Source: a virus. Taken from it: a DNA stretch of 64,000 nt. A program made the translations under genes and the position numbers. The stretch covers positions 5,659 to 69,658 of IMG/VR virus record IMGVR_UViG_3300020389_000255, one strand, 5' to 3'. The notes under the pieces are model-generated. The model did no database searches, had not been told where the DNA came from, and worked only from the letters and a program-made list of their open reading frames with translations. Shown here piece after piece: positions 23,037-32,846 of the stretch; the first letter of the stretch is position 1; each line of letters opens with the position of its first letter.

Positions 23037-24239
23037 TTATGCCGGTTGTAACGTAATATTACTTGTTGTGCCATTTTCTAACAATAAAAACAACAACCCA
23101 TCTGTAGTTATTATTTCTGTATCATTAACTTTTAATTTATTATCATCCATTAATATAAAAGTTGAAGTTCCATCTTCCTTCAATAAAGATAATTTATAAT
23201 TACTCACTGTATCCAAATATGGAAAATAATTATTTCGTCCACTCAAACCCTCTGTACTAAGAAATCCATCTCGTACTGCATCAAAATTTTGATAAACTTT
23301 AATACTAAAGGATTCTTGCGTTAACAATGCATCTGTATCACCATTATACATTCCAATCTCAAAATTGTAATCTCTAGTTACTTGATCTTGTATATTTTCT
23401 GTACTGGTAACTATATTTGTATCAGTATATGTATAAATCCCAGAAGTAGTTACTAATTGTCCGAGAAAAGTTGAATCTTTATTTTTTGTTAAAACTCCTC
23501 GTTCATCATAAACAGTATTTTTAGAATACCACAATGTTTTTGGGTCACTTTCAGTCCCTATAACATAAGGCACAGTAACTTTTGTTTTTGTTACACTATC
23601 TTCAACATATGTGTCTACTGATTCTACTATTCTATGATGTCCAGATTTAGTACTCAATCCAAGACCAGTAAATAATCCAGTTGAAGGTGTTAAATTTAAA
23701 AACTCAACTTTACTTTTAAAAATACTTTCTTTATTAAAATTAGAACTCTCATTACTATTTATAGCCCATGACTTATTAAACACATTCACAGAATCAAAAA
23801 CCGTACCATTTAAATTGAGATCAGTACCACCTATTCCACTAGGAAGATTTACTCCTGGTGGTAATTCTCCAGAAATCAATTTAAATTTAGTATTAACACT
23901 ATTTGAATTTTTAAAGGAAATAATATTTTCATATTTCAATGAATTTCTTGTATGAGTCCCAGATTTTCTGGGTGTAACCATCAAATCAACAAAATTTTCA
24001 AAACCAATATTTACAGGCAATCTATTCGCATTATTAAGTTTTCCTCCGAGAGATGCAAATAATGTAAGAACTATCATATTTACAATAGAACCATCTGAAC
24101 CAATAAATTCATCAAATTGTATAAGTTCAGAACTTGTTAAATCATCATCAGTAAATTTTACATTAGCTTTAAAATCTGTAACAGTAGAATCTATTGTCGT
24201 TTCAGATCCATCTGCTTTAACAAATTTAATCTCATTCAT
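23037..24239 (-). CDS. Virion structural protein with a putative Ig-like segment
   Basis: 'FKLISGELPPGVNL' resembles the He_PIG motif; baseplate context. Confidence 0.5.
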   Translation of the reverse strand: MNEIKFVKADGSETTIDSTVTDFKANVKFTDDDLTSSELIQFDEFIGSDGSIVNMIVLTLFASLGGKLNNANRLPVNIGFENFVDLMVTPRKSGTHTRNSLKYENIISFKNSNSVNTKFKLISGELPPGVNLPSGIGGTDLNLNGTVFDSVNVFNKSWAINSNESSNFNKESIFKSKVEFLNLTPSTGLFTGLGLSTKSGHHRIVESVDTYVEDSVTKTKVTVPYVIGTESDPKTLWYSKNTVYDERGVLTKNKDSTFLGQLVTTSGIYTYTDTNIVTSTENIQDQVTRDYNFEIGMYNGDTDALLTQESFSIKVYQNFDAVRDGFLSTEGLSGRNNYFPYLDTVSNYKLSLLKEDGTSTFILMDDNKLKVNDTEIITTDGLLFLLLENGTTSNITLQPA

Positions 24240-24567
24240 CTAATTTCGGAGGTGATGCATATTTCATAGGTTTTTCATTTTCATCCAATTCTGGATTTAA
24301 CCAAATTGAATATTTTGCTCCGTCATTTCGATTTAGATCTAGATCTTGTCCACTATTAATAACAACGTGTTTGTCACAATCAATATTAAGATTTCCTTTG
24401 AATTTAACTTTCATATCTAAATTTACAGTAAGAGTATTAGTTTCCTCATCATATGCTATTATCTTCTTTTCTCGGAGAACTCCAGCTGCTTTCATAAGAC
24501 TTTTCAATTCATCATCAGTAACATCAATATCTTCCATTGGAATATTTCTCGGCAATTTTTTAATCAC
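24232..24567 (-). CDS. Hypothetical protein with beta-helix-like strands, downstream of gp5
   Basis: 'LTVNLDMKVKFKGNLNIDCDKHVVINSG' resembles the gp5 C-terminal repeats; tightly packed ORF. Confidence 0.5.
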   Translation of the reverse strand: MIKKLPRNIPMEDIDVTDDELKSLMKAAGVLREKKIIAYDEETNTLTVNLDMKVKFKGNLNIDCDKHVVINSGQDLDLNRNDGAKYSIWLNPELDENEKPMKYASPPKLDE

Positions 24568-24571
24568 TATA

Positions 24572-25582
24572 CTATTCTCCTAATTTTATTGTTTTAGGTT
24601 TAGATGGTATAACTGGTTCAACAATAGGTAAATCTGGAATAATAATAGCCGCAGGAAGTGGCAAAGTAAATGGCCCACCCATATGTGCAATTCCTCCCCA
24701 TACACCAAAAACAGACGGCACTGTCATATCCATCCCACCAAATTGAAATATAGGTGATTCAAATTGTGTTGCAACTCCTGTCTTAACTCTAAACTGTCCA
24801 GTTTCTCCAGTTTCAAATCGTATTGTTCCACCTGCCTTAAAATTTATATCTCCATCGGAAACAATATTCAAATTTCCACTAACTTTCAACGTTTTACTAC
24901 TAAGAACCATTTCAAAATCTTCCCCTATAATCTTTACAACTCTTGCTCCATCTCCCTTAATAACTTCAAATGTTCCAGAACTATGAACTTTACTCAATCT
25001 TTCTGAACCAGGAGTATCATCAACTTCAGTAACATGTCCAGCTTGACTTTCTTCTACTTTATTATGTGGATACTTCGCATCATAACCCAAATCTGGAACT
25101 GTAAGTGAAATCGGAATAACCTCACCAGATGTACTTGTTCCATCAAAAGTTTCTCCAGCTGTATAATCTGATACATACGTATCAGCAGTTTCACCTCTTG
25201 CAAGACGATTTGTATTTATTTCATCAGTTAAAATTTCACGTTTTCCACCCCAAGATGGTGCAGATTCTGGAGGTGCTGAATCATCTTCAGTTTTATAACC
25301 AGAATCTATAATGTGTGTCATAACAGGTTCTTGAGCATCATTCCCATCACGAAAAAACCCCATCACCCAAGTTCCCACTACAGGTCCAACAGGAGGATCG
25401 CCAGGCCTACTATTAATAGGCATTGCTGGATAGGCCCACGGCAATCCATCAACTGGAATATCACCTTTATCTTGTGAATGAAATCCTAATATTCGGACAC
25501 GGCAACGTCCTATCTCCAACGGATCATCTCTGTCTTCAACACGACCTTGCCACCAAACAAAAGTATTAAATTGTTCTATCAT
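24572..25582 (-). CDS. gp5: Baseplate central spike gp5 (OB-fold + beta-helix, no lysozyme domain)
   Basis: 'WWQGRVEDRDDPLEIGRCRVRILGFH…LPWA…GTWVMGFFRDG…AQEP', 'YPHNKV…GHVTEVDDTPGSERL…HSSGT'. Confidence 0.92.
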   Translation of the reverse strand: MIEQFNTFVWWQGRVEDRDDPLEIGRCRVRILGFHSQDKGDIPVDGLPWAYPAMPINSRPGDPPVGPVVGTWVMGFFRDGNDAQEPVMTHIIDSGYKTEDDSAPPESAPSWGGKREILTDEINTNRLARGETADTYVSDYTAGETFDGTSTSGEVIPISLTVPDLGYDAKYPHNKVEESQAGHVTEVDDTPGSERLSKVHSSGTFEVIKGDGARVVKIIGEDFEMVLSSKTLKVSGNLNIVSDGDINFKAGGTIRFETGETGQFRVKTGVATQFESPIFQFGGMDMTVPSVFGVWGGIAHMGGPFTLPLPAAIIIPDLPIVEPVIPSKPKTIKLGE

Positions 25583-25892
25583 CTGTATTTTGTGTAATTA
25601 AAACTTCCTTTTTTCTCCAAGCTTGGATGTATTCTTCCTCAAGTTTATATACAACACTAAACATTTCTTTTAACAATTGAACTTTATCGGTCCTAGGAAA
25701 TTCATCTGTAATTGTTTTAAGGATTTTATCGTATGCATCAAATTCAAGTTCACATAAATTAGCTGACTGACTAACATCAGAATGATAAATATAACTTGCA
25801 AAACAACTACAATCAATTGCAATGTTAGATTCCCACATTGTTTTTTCTATAAACTTTAAACGTTCATTTACTTCATCGTAATATACTGGCAT
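25566..25892 (-). CDS. Hypothetical helical protein (108 aa)
   Basis: AAGGAG RBS upstream; overlaps the gp5 start. Confidence 0.6.
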   Translation of the reverse strand: MPVYYDEVNERLKFIEKTMWESNIAIDCSCFASYIYHSDVSQSANLCELEFDAYDKILKTITDEFPRTDKVQLLKEMFSVVYKLEEEYIQAWRKKEVLITQNTDDRTI

Positions 25893-25907
25893 TTTTATTT
25901 CTCCTTA

Positions 25908-25988
25908 TTATGAACAGCAGTTACAATCGCTGCAATCGCAATCGATGCAATCACAATCGCTACAACAACATTCTTTTTTATTTGACAT
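25908..25988 (-). CDS. 26-aa Cys/Asp-rich metallothionein-like peptide MSNKKECCCSDCDCIDCDCSDCNCCS (not in ORF track)
   Basis: Translated by hand. AAGGAG RBS 6 nt before ATG(25988); double stop TAATAA; fills the intergenic gap; 10 of 26 residues are Cys. Confidence 0.8.
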   Translation of the reverse strand: MSNKKECCCSDCDCIDCDCSDCNCCS

Positions 25989-25998
25989 AATTTTCTCC

Positions 25999-26841
25999 TT
26001 ATGTTACCTCATATTCTTCTGCAACATCTACTTTATCGGCATCTTTTTCTTCGATAAACAAATGTCGTAAAGATTTTCGTTGACGTTCTTTTCTACGTTT
26101 TTTAGCGTCATAATAGTCAGTACCATCATATACAAATTGCAATTCGTGATGTTCAAAAAATTCATACATACGTAATGGATGTGTTCCGAATCCCATCCAT
26201 GTCATAACATCAATTCCAAATCCTAATTGAATGTTAGTAATTCTAGAACAAAGTCCTAATAGTCTTCCAGATGCATGAAAAACTCCACCACCAGAATTTC
26301 CAAATATAGACGGTGCATTGTACATGATATAAGCCTTTTGTTCAATCATTTCTCGTAAATAAGTTAATTCTCCTTTATTAGAAAATGGATCGTGCAATAA
26401 ACTACAACCACTTGTCCAAACTTCATCAAACAATTGCAAATTATCAATGTCTGACTTAGGATAAATCTTGGCAACATGATCTTGTTGTCTAGTATTATGC
26501 AACTTAACTGCGGCCAAATCATGTCCTTTGTCATATGCAATAATTTCTGCCTGAGAACTATTTGCAGAAGATATTTTTGATCCGTCATAATCAAAAACTT
26601 CAATAGCAACTTCTTCAAGTATATCTTTTTTAATCTCCCTTTTCAATAAAGAATCCCATTCATTTTTTACTGTAATTGCCCCATCAATCACATGTTGACA
26701 AGTTAACACAATATTAATATATTTATTTTCATTTTTCGGATCAAGCTCACTATATACCAATACACCAGATCCACCAGCTTTTCCAGCCTTAACTCTGGTA
26801 ACAGGATACAAAACTTGTTCGTGCAATTCTTGTTGATTCAC
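25999..26841 (-). CDS. Trypsin-like serine protease
   Basis: Catalytic triad motifs 'GSGV…LTCQHV', 'HDLAAV', 'GNSGGGVF'. Confidence 0.88.
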   Translation of the reverse strand: MNQQELHEQVLYPVTRVKAGKAGGSGVLVYSELDPKNENKYINIVLTCQHVIDGAITVKNEWDSLLKREIKKDILEEVAIEVFDYDGSKISSANSSQAEIIAYDKGHDLAAVKLHNTRQQDHVAKIYPKSDIDNLQLFDEVWTSGCSLLHDPFSNKGELTYLREMIEQKAYIMYNAPSIFGNSGGGVFHASGRLLGLCSRITNIQLGFGIDVMTWMGFGTHPLRMYEFFEHHELQFVYDGTDYYDAKKRRKERQRKSLRHLFIEEKDADKVDVAEEYEVT

Positions 26842-26867
26842 GTTATCACCCCTTATTTTATTAGTGT

Positions 26868-28172
26868 TTATGCAAATGCAATTGTATCAGATGCAATTCC
26901 TGGAATAGTATCTTCTAAATTATCTTGATAAGAATCCTTTACAGCTGTTATTGTTGTATTATATTTATCTGCATCTATTGTATGCCTTAATGAAACAATT
27001 AAATATCTACCCGAATAAACAGGATCCCATACATCTCTCACACCAGAAGGTTCAGGAGAAACAACCCTCAAATCAACAACATCACCAATAGTTTTTGTTG
27101 TATCACCAGCAACTATAATAGTCACTGCAAAATTATTTAATTGTTGTAATTGAGATATCCTTACTGGTAATGAGGTTTGTACACTATCACTGTAATTCAA
27201 ATTATTATACTTTTTCATATGTTTAGGAACATACATTATCTTAGAATCATATTTTTTACTATAAGACTTGTCTCCGGTTAAATCTAATTTCCCATTATTC
27301 ATATGTTTATATGCATCATATGAGTCTGCATAATTAAATTCGTTTATTATAAACGATCTTTTCACAATATCATGTTCAATAATTTTATTTGCATACATTC
27401 CACTGGTAATGTTTTCTGATATGTCTATTGATTGGTCAAAGTCAATTGATTTAATAATATAAGGATTAGGAGTAACCATACTTCTAACTAATTGACTATA
27501 TGTAGTAATATTAGAATCTTCTATATCATTGAATAAACTCTCCAACGAAACAAAATTATATTTATCTTTGTCCTGAAAAAAAACATAACTCGCACCTTTA
27601 TAAGTCTCAGAAATTGCTCTATTCGCCAACCAATTCAATGCTTCAAATGGGGTCCAATTTGGAATTATTAAATTTTGTTGTGGTAATGTATCTTCAATAT
27701 TAATTTCATCAGCATCAAGCTTTAAATCATTCACCAAAATACTATTTACAATTCCAGAAATAGGTTGTCCTACATATGATTTACTTATTGTCGTTGTTAT
27801 ATCTGTAAAATATTTTTCTGAAATAAAATTTACAGCATATGCTGATACCGTAGGATTTTCTTTTTGATAATCACTAATTGAATATATTTTATAACTTTGC
27901 TCAAATTCTTCAGTAGTTACAGAATTATTGTTTGGATCCAATACACTAACAGAATAATTTATATTAACAGTTTCATAACCAAGAATTGGTAAATTTCCAT
28001 ATACATTTCTACTATCATTAAATATCATATTTCCAGTTATACAATTTTCAAACATATTTTCATACAAATTCACCTCAACTGCAATACTTCCCATTTCAAA
28101 TACTAGATCATCACTAAAATCTGAAAATAATTCAATCGCTATTATTTTATATGATCCTGGAATAATATTCAT
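26868..28172 (-). CDS. Baseplate hub protein (gp27-like)
   Basis: 'LYENMFENCITG…LPILGYETV', 'IIPNWTPFEALNWLA', 'SGRYLIVSLRH'; between gp53 and gp5. Confidence 0.7.
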   Translation of the reverse strand: MNIIPGSYKIIAIELFSDFSDDLVFEMGSIAVEVNLYENMFENCITGNMIFNDSRNVYGNLPILGYETVNINYSVSVLDPNNNSVTTEEFEQSYKIYSISDYQKENPTVSAYAVNFISEKYFTDITTTISKSYVGQPISGIVNSILVNDLKLDADEINIEDTLPQQNLIIPNWTPFEALNWLANRAISETYKGASYVFFQDKDKYNFVSLESLFNDIEDSNITTYSQLVRSMVTPNPYIIKSIDFDQSIDISENITSGMYANKIIEHDIVKRSFIINEFNYADSYDAYKHMNNGKLDLTGDKSYSKKYDSKIMYVPKHMKKYNNLNYSDSVQTSLPVRISQLQQLNNFAVTIIVAGDTTKTIGDVVDLRVVSPEPSGVRDVWDPVYSGRYLIVSLRHTIDADKYNTTITAVKDSYQDNLEDTIPGIASDTIAFA

Positions 28173-28966
28173 CGTATTTTATCTTTAAAATCCTTTTCAA
28201 AAGTTCCAATAAGTCCTGGGTTCAGCATTTTAATTTCTCGTTTTTCTTCATTTATCCTATCTTCATATGTTGCATTATCAACTGCAACTGGTGGAGCCCA
28301 AGAAGATGTTCCTCCTGGAAGTTTTGCTCTCTCAACATCACTAAATCCTTTATCAACAACCAATCTATCAACAGAACCATCTCCATTATCTCGTACAACT
28401 TCATAGAACCTTGGTGCGGCAAACTCTTTAACAGTAGAGTCAACATCAGCTGATACACTAGATGTTGAACCAGTAATTACATCAGTAAGATCCCAATCAG
28501 GATCAAGACTATTTTCATAAACAATCTGTCCTAAATCTGGATTATAATCTTTGACAGTAGCAGTAGCACTAGAAACACTTCCAGTTATAGTTTCTCCTAT
28601 TATAAAAATATCACCATCGGGACTAAGAGTTGAAATATCATACACTAAAACTTCATCTGGATACTTCTTCTGAATATAATCATCAAATTTCTTTCCATCT
28701 AATACCCAATCAAAATAAGGATCAACAACTCCATTTACATGAAGAACAATCCAATGATCAAGTGGAGATCCATATGCACCTCTAGCATATTGTTCTGGAG
28801 GTCTACTGTCTGTGACTACATGTTTGTAATAAGAACTAATATAATCAGAAAAATCATTTCTAATTCCAACTCGTCTAGTTATATCGACTACAGTTTTAGC
28901 ATCCATTAAATCTTTAGTTAATGTATACTTAATTGTAGGAAATGCTCCAAAATATTGTATAGGCAT
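28169..28966 (-). CDS. gp53: Baseplate wedge component gp53
   Basis: 'YFGAFPTIKY', 'RPPEQYARGAYGSPLDHWIVLHVNGVVDPYFDW', 'YEDRINEEKREIK'. Confidence 0.85.
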   Translation of the reverse strand: MPIQYFGAFPTIKYTLTKDLMDAKTVVDITRRVGIRNDFSDYISSYYKHVVTDSRPPEQYARGAYGSPLDHWIVLHVNGVVDPYFDWVLDGKKFDDYIQKKYPDEVLVYDISTLSPDGDIFIIGETITGSVSSATATVKDYNPDLGQIVYENSLDPDWDLTDVITGSTSSVSADVDSTVKEFAAPRFYEVVRDNGDGSVDRLVVDKGFSDVERAKLPGGTSSWAPPVAVDNATYEDRINEEKREIKMLNPGLIGTFEKDFKDKIR

Positions 28967-28977
28967 TCTTTTTTTCC

Positions 28978-30066
28978 CTATTTATTTTCTACATGGATAT
29001 TTTCTTTCAGTTGTTTACTTTCCCAACCAACATCTGCTAACTCTCCAATTTTCTTTCCTGCTTGACCCGCAAAATTCGCTGCTGTAGGTATTACTAATTC
29101 TGTCAAAGAAAGTGTTAAATCAATCTCAACTGGTGAACCATCAATATGACTTGCCCATGCTCCAGCACCACTAAAATTAGTAGCAATCTGTGTTATTGCA
29201 CACGTATTTAGTTTTGGTAAATAAGGATTATCTTTATCAGCAAAATTGGTTTTCTCCATCTTTCCTTTACCTTCAGACCCCATCATAAATCTAACATCCC
29301 AATGTAGAGGATAATTTAAAAAATAATCTCCACCACCTAATTTTGCTGAAGAAGCACTTTTAAAAATATTAATAATTCTATCAAGTCGTATTGCTTCCTC
29401 ATGTGATTCTGCAACTAATTTATGTACAAATTCCCATGTTCTATGTGACATACCAGTAAAAAATTGTTCTGATACTGGATTTACAATACGTCCTCTTCTG
29501 CGTTCAATAGTTCTTTGTCCTACCCCTCCACCTCCAAATGCACCTGCAACCATACCAACTATATCTTCTACTATACTAGTTTTTCCAACTCCTTTAGTAA
29601 ATTCAGTCTTTATTGACTCTAACGCTTGCTTACTCAAATATTTAACATTTCTCTTTAGCCAATCATCTTGGGCACCCCATCCTGCCTCAAGTTGTTCATT
29701 GAGTTCTGCTGGCATAGGTAAATAAAGTACTGCTTGTTCCTCATTTCGGGTATTTCCTAAAATAAAATCTTGATATGGTTTACATTCATAACGTATGTAA
29801 TCATAATTTGTTATATTTATTGGAAATGCATATTTACCATGAGGTCCTTTTGACTCACGGTTCTCCCCTGGTTTATAAGCTACAGCGTCCTTTGCCGCTT
29901 GTTCACGGCTCGTTGATAGATTTTGTTTAACTCTAGGATCTTCTCCACTCCAGTCCTCTGGAGAATATAGGTGCCCATCACCATGCCCCTGTGTACCTTG
30001 AGTAAACTCCCGTGCCGTGTCTAGCGTATAAACCAAATTGCTTAAATTCAATATTGTACCTAACAC
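28978..30066 (-). CDS. gp48: Baseplate tail-tube cap gp48
   Basis: 'LYLPMP', 'VNPVSEQFFTGMSHRTWEF', 'DGSPVEIDLTLSLTE'; GTG start after AGGAGG. Confidence 0.8.
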   Translation of the reverse strand: MLGTILNLSNLVYTLDTAREFTQGTQGHGDGHLYSPEDWSGEDPRVKQNLSTSREQAAKDAVAYKPGENRESKGPHGKYAFPINITNYDYIRYECKPYQDFILGNTRNEEQAVLYLPMPAELNEQLEAGWGAQDDWLKRNVKYLSKQALESIKTEFTKGVGKTSIVEDIVGMVAGAFGGGGVGQRTIERRRGRIVNPVSEQFFTGMSHRTWEFVHKLVAESHEEAIRLDRIINIFKSASSAKLGGGDYFLNYPLHWDVRFMMGSEGKGKMEKTNFADKDNPYLPKLNTCAITQIATNFSGAGAWASHIDGSPVEIDLTLSLTELVIPTAANFAGQAGKKIGELADVGWESKQLKENIHVENK

Positions 30067-30077
30067 AATTCACCTCC

Positions 30078-30115
30078 TATAAATATTAATATACTAGTAG
30101 CTTTATTTATAAATA
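30078..30115. promoter_or_regulatory. T4-type late promoters (TATAAATA), divergent
   Basis: TATAAATA on + at 30078-30085 and 30108-30115, and on - at 30104-30111 (palindrome TATTTATAAATA), between divergent gp48 and gp4. Confidence 0.85.
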
Positions 30116-30120
30116 CTTGT

Positions 30121-30561
30121 ATGGCAAGAACCGGTTTTTATGAATTAAAAAATCCACATAAGTATTTAGGTGTCACCCGAAAGTTGAAGTATCGGTCTAT
30201 GTGGGAAAGAAATATTATGAAGTGGTGTGATATGGAACACAACATCGTGAGATGGTCATATGAACAAATAATTATTCCATATAGAAGTCCAATAGATAAG
30301 AGAAATCATAAATACTATCCAGACTTCTACATAGAACGTTCTAATGAAAAGGGAATTGAAAAATTCTTATTAGAAGTTAAACCTCAAAATCAAGTAATAA
30401 ATCCAGCAAAAAAATCAAAGGCAACTATCTACGAAATGAAAACATATGCAGTCAACGAGGCAAAATGGATCGCCGCATTACGTTTCTGTAAAAAACGAAA
30501 TCTAACTTTCAAGATAATAACTGAATATAATCATCCAGTTCTAAAGAGATATAAAAAATGA
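30121..30561 (+). CDS. gp4: Head completion nuclease gp4 (TnsA-like)
   Basis: 'NPHKYLG…YRSMWE…WCD…WSYE…PYRSPID…HKYYPDF…EVKP…NEAKW'. Confidence 0.92.
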   Translation: MARTGFYELKNPHKYLGVTRKLKYRSMWERNIMKWCDMEHNIVRWSYEQIIIPYRSPIDKRNHKYYPDFYIERSNEKGIEKFLLEVKPQNQVINPAKKSKATIYEMKTYAVNEAKWIAALRFCKKRNLTFKIITEYNHPVLKRYKK

Positions 30562-31088
30562 GAATACAACCACAACAATGGACCGCTTGGGATAGAGTAA
30601 GAGGTATTACTCAAGCAAATACTAAAAGAGCAATGACTTGGTTCAGTCAACAAGTAAGAGCAATAAGCAACTTTGGACCTGCTCAAATGTGGGCACAACA
30701 TAGAGATGATCTAGTCTCACAAATACATCGTGGTGGAATGTTCTTATTCTTCTACAATCCAAAATTGAAAGATAAACTTCCATACTATGATAAATTCCCA
30801 TTGGTGATTCCACTAGAACGTTATGCAGATGGATTCTTAGGAATAAACTTGCATTATCTTCCACCAAAAATACGTAGAATTTTACTCAATAGAATACGTG
30901 ACAGACACATGTCTTACAAGACTTTAAAACGTTACAAATACATAAAACCTATCATAAAAAGATATCTAAATAGTCATATACAAGGTAGATTTCTATTAGT
31001 CAAAGAAGAGGACTGGGAAACAGCAATCTTTCTTCCAGTTGAACGATTTGTAAAGGCAACTAAAAAATCAGTTTGGAGTGACAGATAA
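30558..31088 (+). CDS. gp2: DNA end protector gp2
   Basis: 'FFYNPKLKDKLPYYDKFPLV…GFLGINLHYLPP…IKRYL…AIFLPVERF'. Confidence 0.92.
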   Translation: MRIQPQQWTAWDRVRGITQANTKRAMTWFSQQVRAISNFGPAQMWAQHRDDLVSQIHRGGMFLFFYNPKLKDKLPYYDKFPLVIPLERYADGFLGINLHYLPPKIRRILLNRIRDRHMSYKTLKRYKYIKPIIKRYLNSHIQGRFLLVKEEDWETAIFLPVERFVKATKKSVWSDR

Positions 31089-31910
31089 ATGGGAGTACCA
31101 CAAAAATTCATAAATAGTTTACAATCTGGAATGGGAATAGCAAAACCTTCACATTTTTATGTTCAAATATTTGAAAAAACTTACGAAAATGAATCTAGAC
31201 AGCGTGGAGAATCACAATTACTTGTAGGATCAAACAGTCATATACAAGAAAACGTCATTAGTTTAAGATGTCACCAAGCAATTCTTCCGGGGATAACAGC
31301 CGCAACCAGCCAATATGGTACTGGAATGCCAGAAAAAAACAATCCTTATCGTGCTACCTTTGAAGATGTTGCATTTAGTTTTTACTGTTCTGAAAATCTC
31401 ATTGAAAGAGATTATTTTGAAACTTGGGCAACTTTAATATTCAACACTTTAAATAAAGAAAAAAAACGATATGAAAATTGGCAAGTTGCTTATAGAGAAG
31501 AATTTACAAAGAATATAGAAATAATAAAATTAAGTCAAACTGGACATGCAACGAGAAAATACACTCTACACAATGCTTTTCCAACTATCTTAAATGACAC
31601 AACATTAGATTGGGGAGATGAAGAAGTTTTAAAAATGGAAGTTACAATGTCATATGATTGGTGGACATCTACTACTAGAGATCTTCCAGATATGAAAGTT
31701 CCAGATCCGGGCAATTACATGAAGGATTTTCATCCTAAAATTCATTCAAAAACTCCAACTAGCTTTTTTGATAAACCATTAGAAGATTGGCCCGAACCAA
31801 GATCTCAATCCGGTCCTGCAGTTTCTAGCAGCGATCCAAAGAGTTTTGGACTTACAAAAGATAAGGGGAACTGGATAAAACGAAATCTCATAGGAACAGA
31901 TGAATTTTAA
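31089..31910 (+). CDS. Tail tube initiator/tube-fold protein (gp54/gp19-like)
   Basis: 'LRCHQAILPG', 'ERDYFETW', 'YTLHNAFPT…LDWG…VTMSYDWW'. Confidence 0.75.
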   Translation: MGVPQKFINSLQSGMGIAKPSHFYVQIFEKTYENESRQRGESQLLVGSNSHIQENVISLRCHQAILPGITAATSQYGTGMPEKNNPYRATFEDVAFSFYCSENLIERDYFETWATLIFNTLNKEKKRYENWQVAYREEFTKNIEIIKLSQTGHATRKYTLHNAFPTILNDTTLDWGDEEVLKMEVTMSYDWWTSTTRDLPDMKVPDPGNYMKDFHPKIHSKTPTSFFDKPLEDWPEPRSQSGPAVSSSDPKSFGLTKDKGNWIKRNLIGTDEF

Positions 31911-31936
31911 AATACAACAAGGAGCAATAATTAATT

Positions 31937-32656
31937 ATGCCTTTACCAACAATTGAAGTACCAAGTTACAAAATAAACATTATTTCAGTACCAAACACAA
32001 TTACATACAGACCTTTCCTAGTAAAGGAAGAAAAAATTCTACTAACAGCATTAGCTGGAGAAGATGAAACAGAAATTATCAATGCTATAAAACAAATAAT
32101 TTCAAATTGTATTATTGAACCAGAAATAAATGTAAATATATTACCAATCTTCGATATAGAAAATTTATTCGTTAACTTACGTTCAAAATCTGTTGGATCA
32201 TTATCAACAATTGGACTAGCATGTAATGAATGTGAAGAATCTAATCAATTTGAAATTAATTTAGATGATATTCAAATTAACACCGATAAAAAACATACAA
32301 AGGATATAGAATTAATCAAAGATGTAATTGGTGTTACAATGAAATATCCATCAATAGATATATTAACATCGGTTGAAAATACAGAAGAAGATGATGCAGG
32401 AATTTCTCAAGTTTATGATTTAGTTTCTGATTGTATCGAAACTATTTACACAACCGATGAAGAATTTCAAATGACAGACTACACAGATTTAGAACGCAAT
32501 GAATTTTTTGAAAGTTTAACTCAAGAACACTTTTTAAAAATACAAGAATTTTTTGATACTATGCCATACATCTACTATGATTTAAAATATGATTGTGAAC
32601 ACTGTAACCATAAAGAAAAACTCAACATAAGAGGTATCCAAAATTTTTTTACATAG
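31937..32656 (+). CDS. gp26: Baseplate hub subunit gp26
   Basis: 'MPLPTIEVPSY…YRPFLVKEEKILL…FDIENLFVNLRSKSVG', two CxxC motifs. Confidence 0.9.
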   Translation: MPLPTIEVPSYKINIISVPNTITYRPFLVKEEKILLTALAGEDETEIINAIKQIISNCIIEPEINVNILPIFDIENLFVNLRSKSVGSLSTIGLACNECEESNQFEINLDDIQINTDKKHTKDIELIKDVIGVTMKYPSIDILTSVENTEEDDAGISQVYDLVSDCIETIYTTDEEFQMTDYTDLERNEFFESLTQEHFLKIQEFFDTMPYIYYDLKYDCEHCNHKEKLNIRGIQNFFT

Positions 32657-32658
32657 GC

Positions 32659-32841
32659 ATGGGGCATAATAATCTAGAAAATTATTATATTTTAAATTTT
32701 GCACTCATGCAACACCATAATTATAGTTTAACAGAAATTGAAAATATGATGCCATATGAACGTGATATTTACACAACAATGCTTGAAAGTCACATTCAAG
32801 AAGAAAACGAAAGAATTAAACGAGAAAATAATAGCGGGTAA
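32659..32841 (+). CDS. gp51: Baseplate hub assembly catalyst gp51
   Basis: 'NYYILNFALMQHHNYSLTEIENMMPYERDIY'. Confidence 0.88.
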   Translation: MGHNNLENYYILNFALMQHHNYSLTEIENMMPYERDIYTTMLESHIQEENERIKRENNSG

Positions 32842-32846
32842 AACAT

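Noticed and set aside
1027-24583. Numerous short + strand ORFs, and alternate-frame - strand ORFs, within the structural genes
   Set aside because: Shadow ORFs of long genes; Ile/Ser/Cys-rich composition and no recognisable motifs
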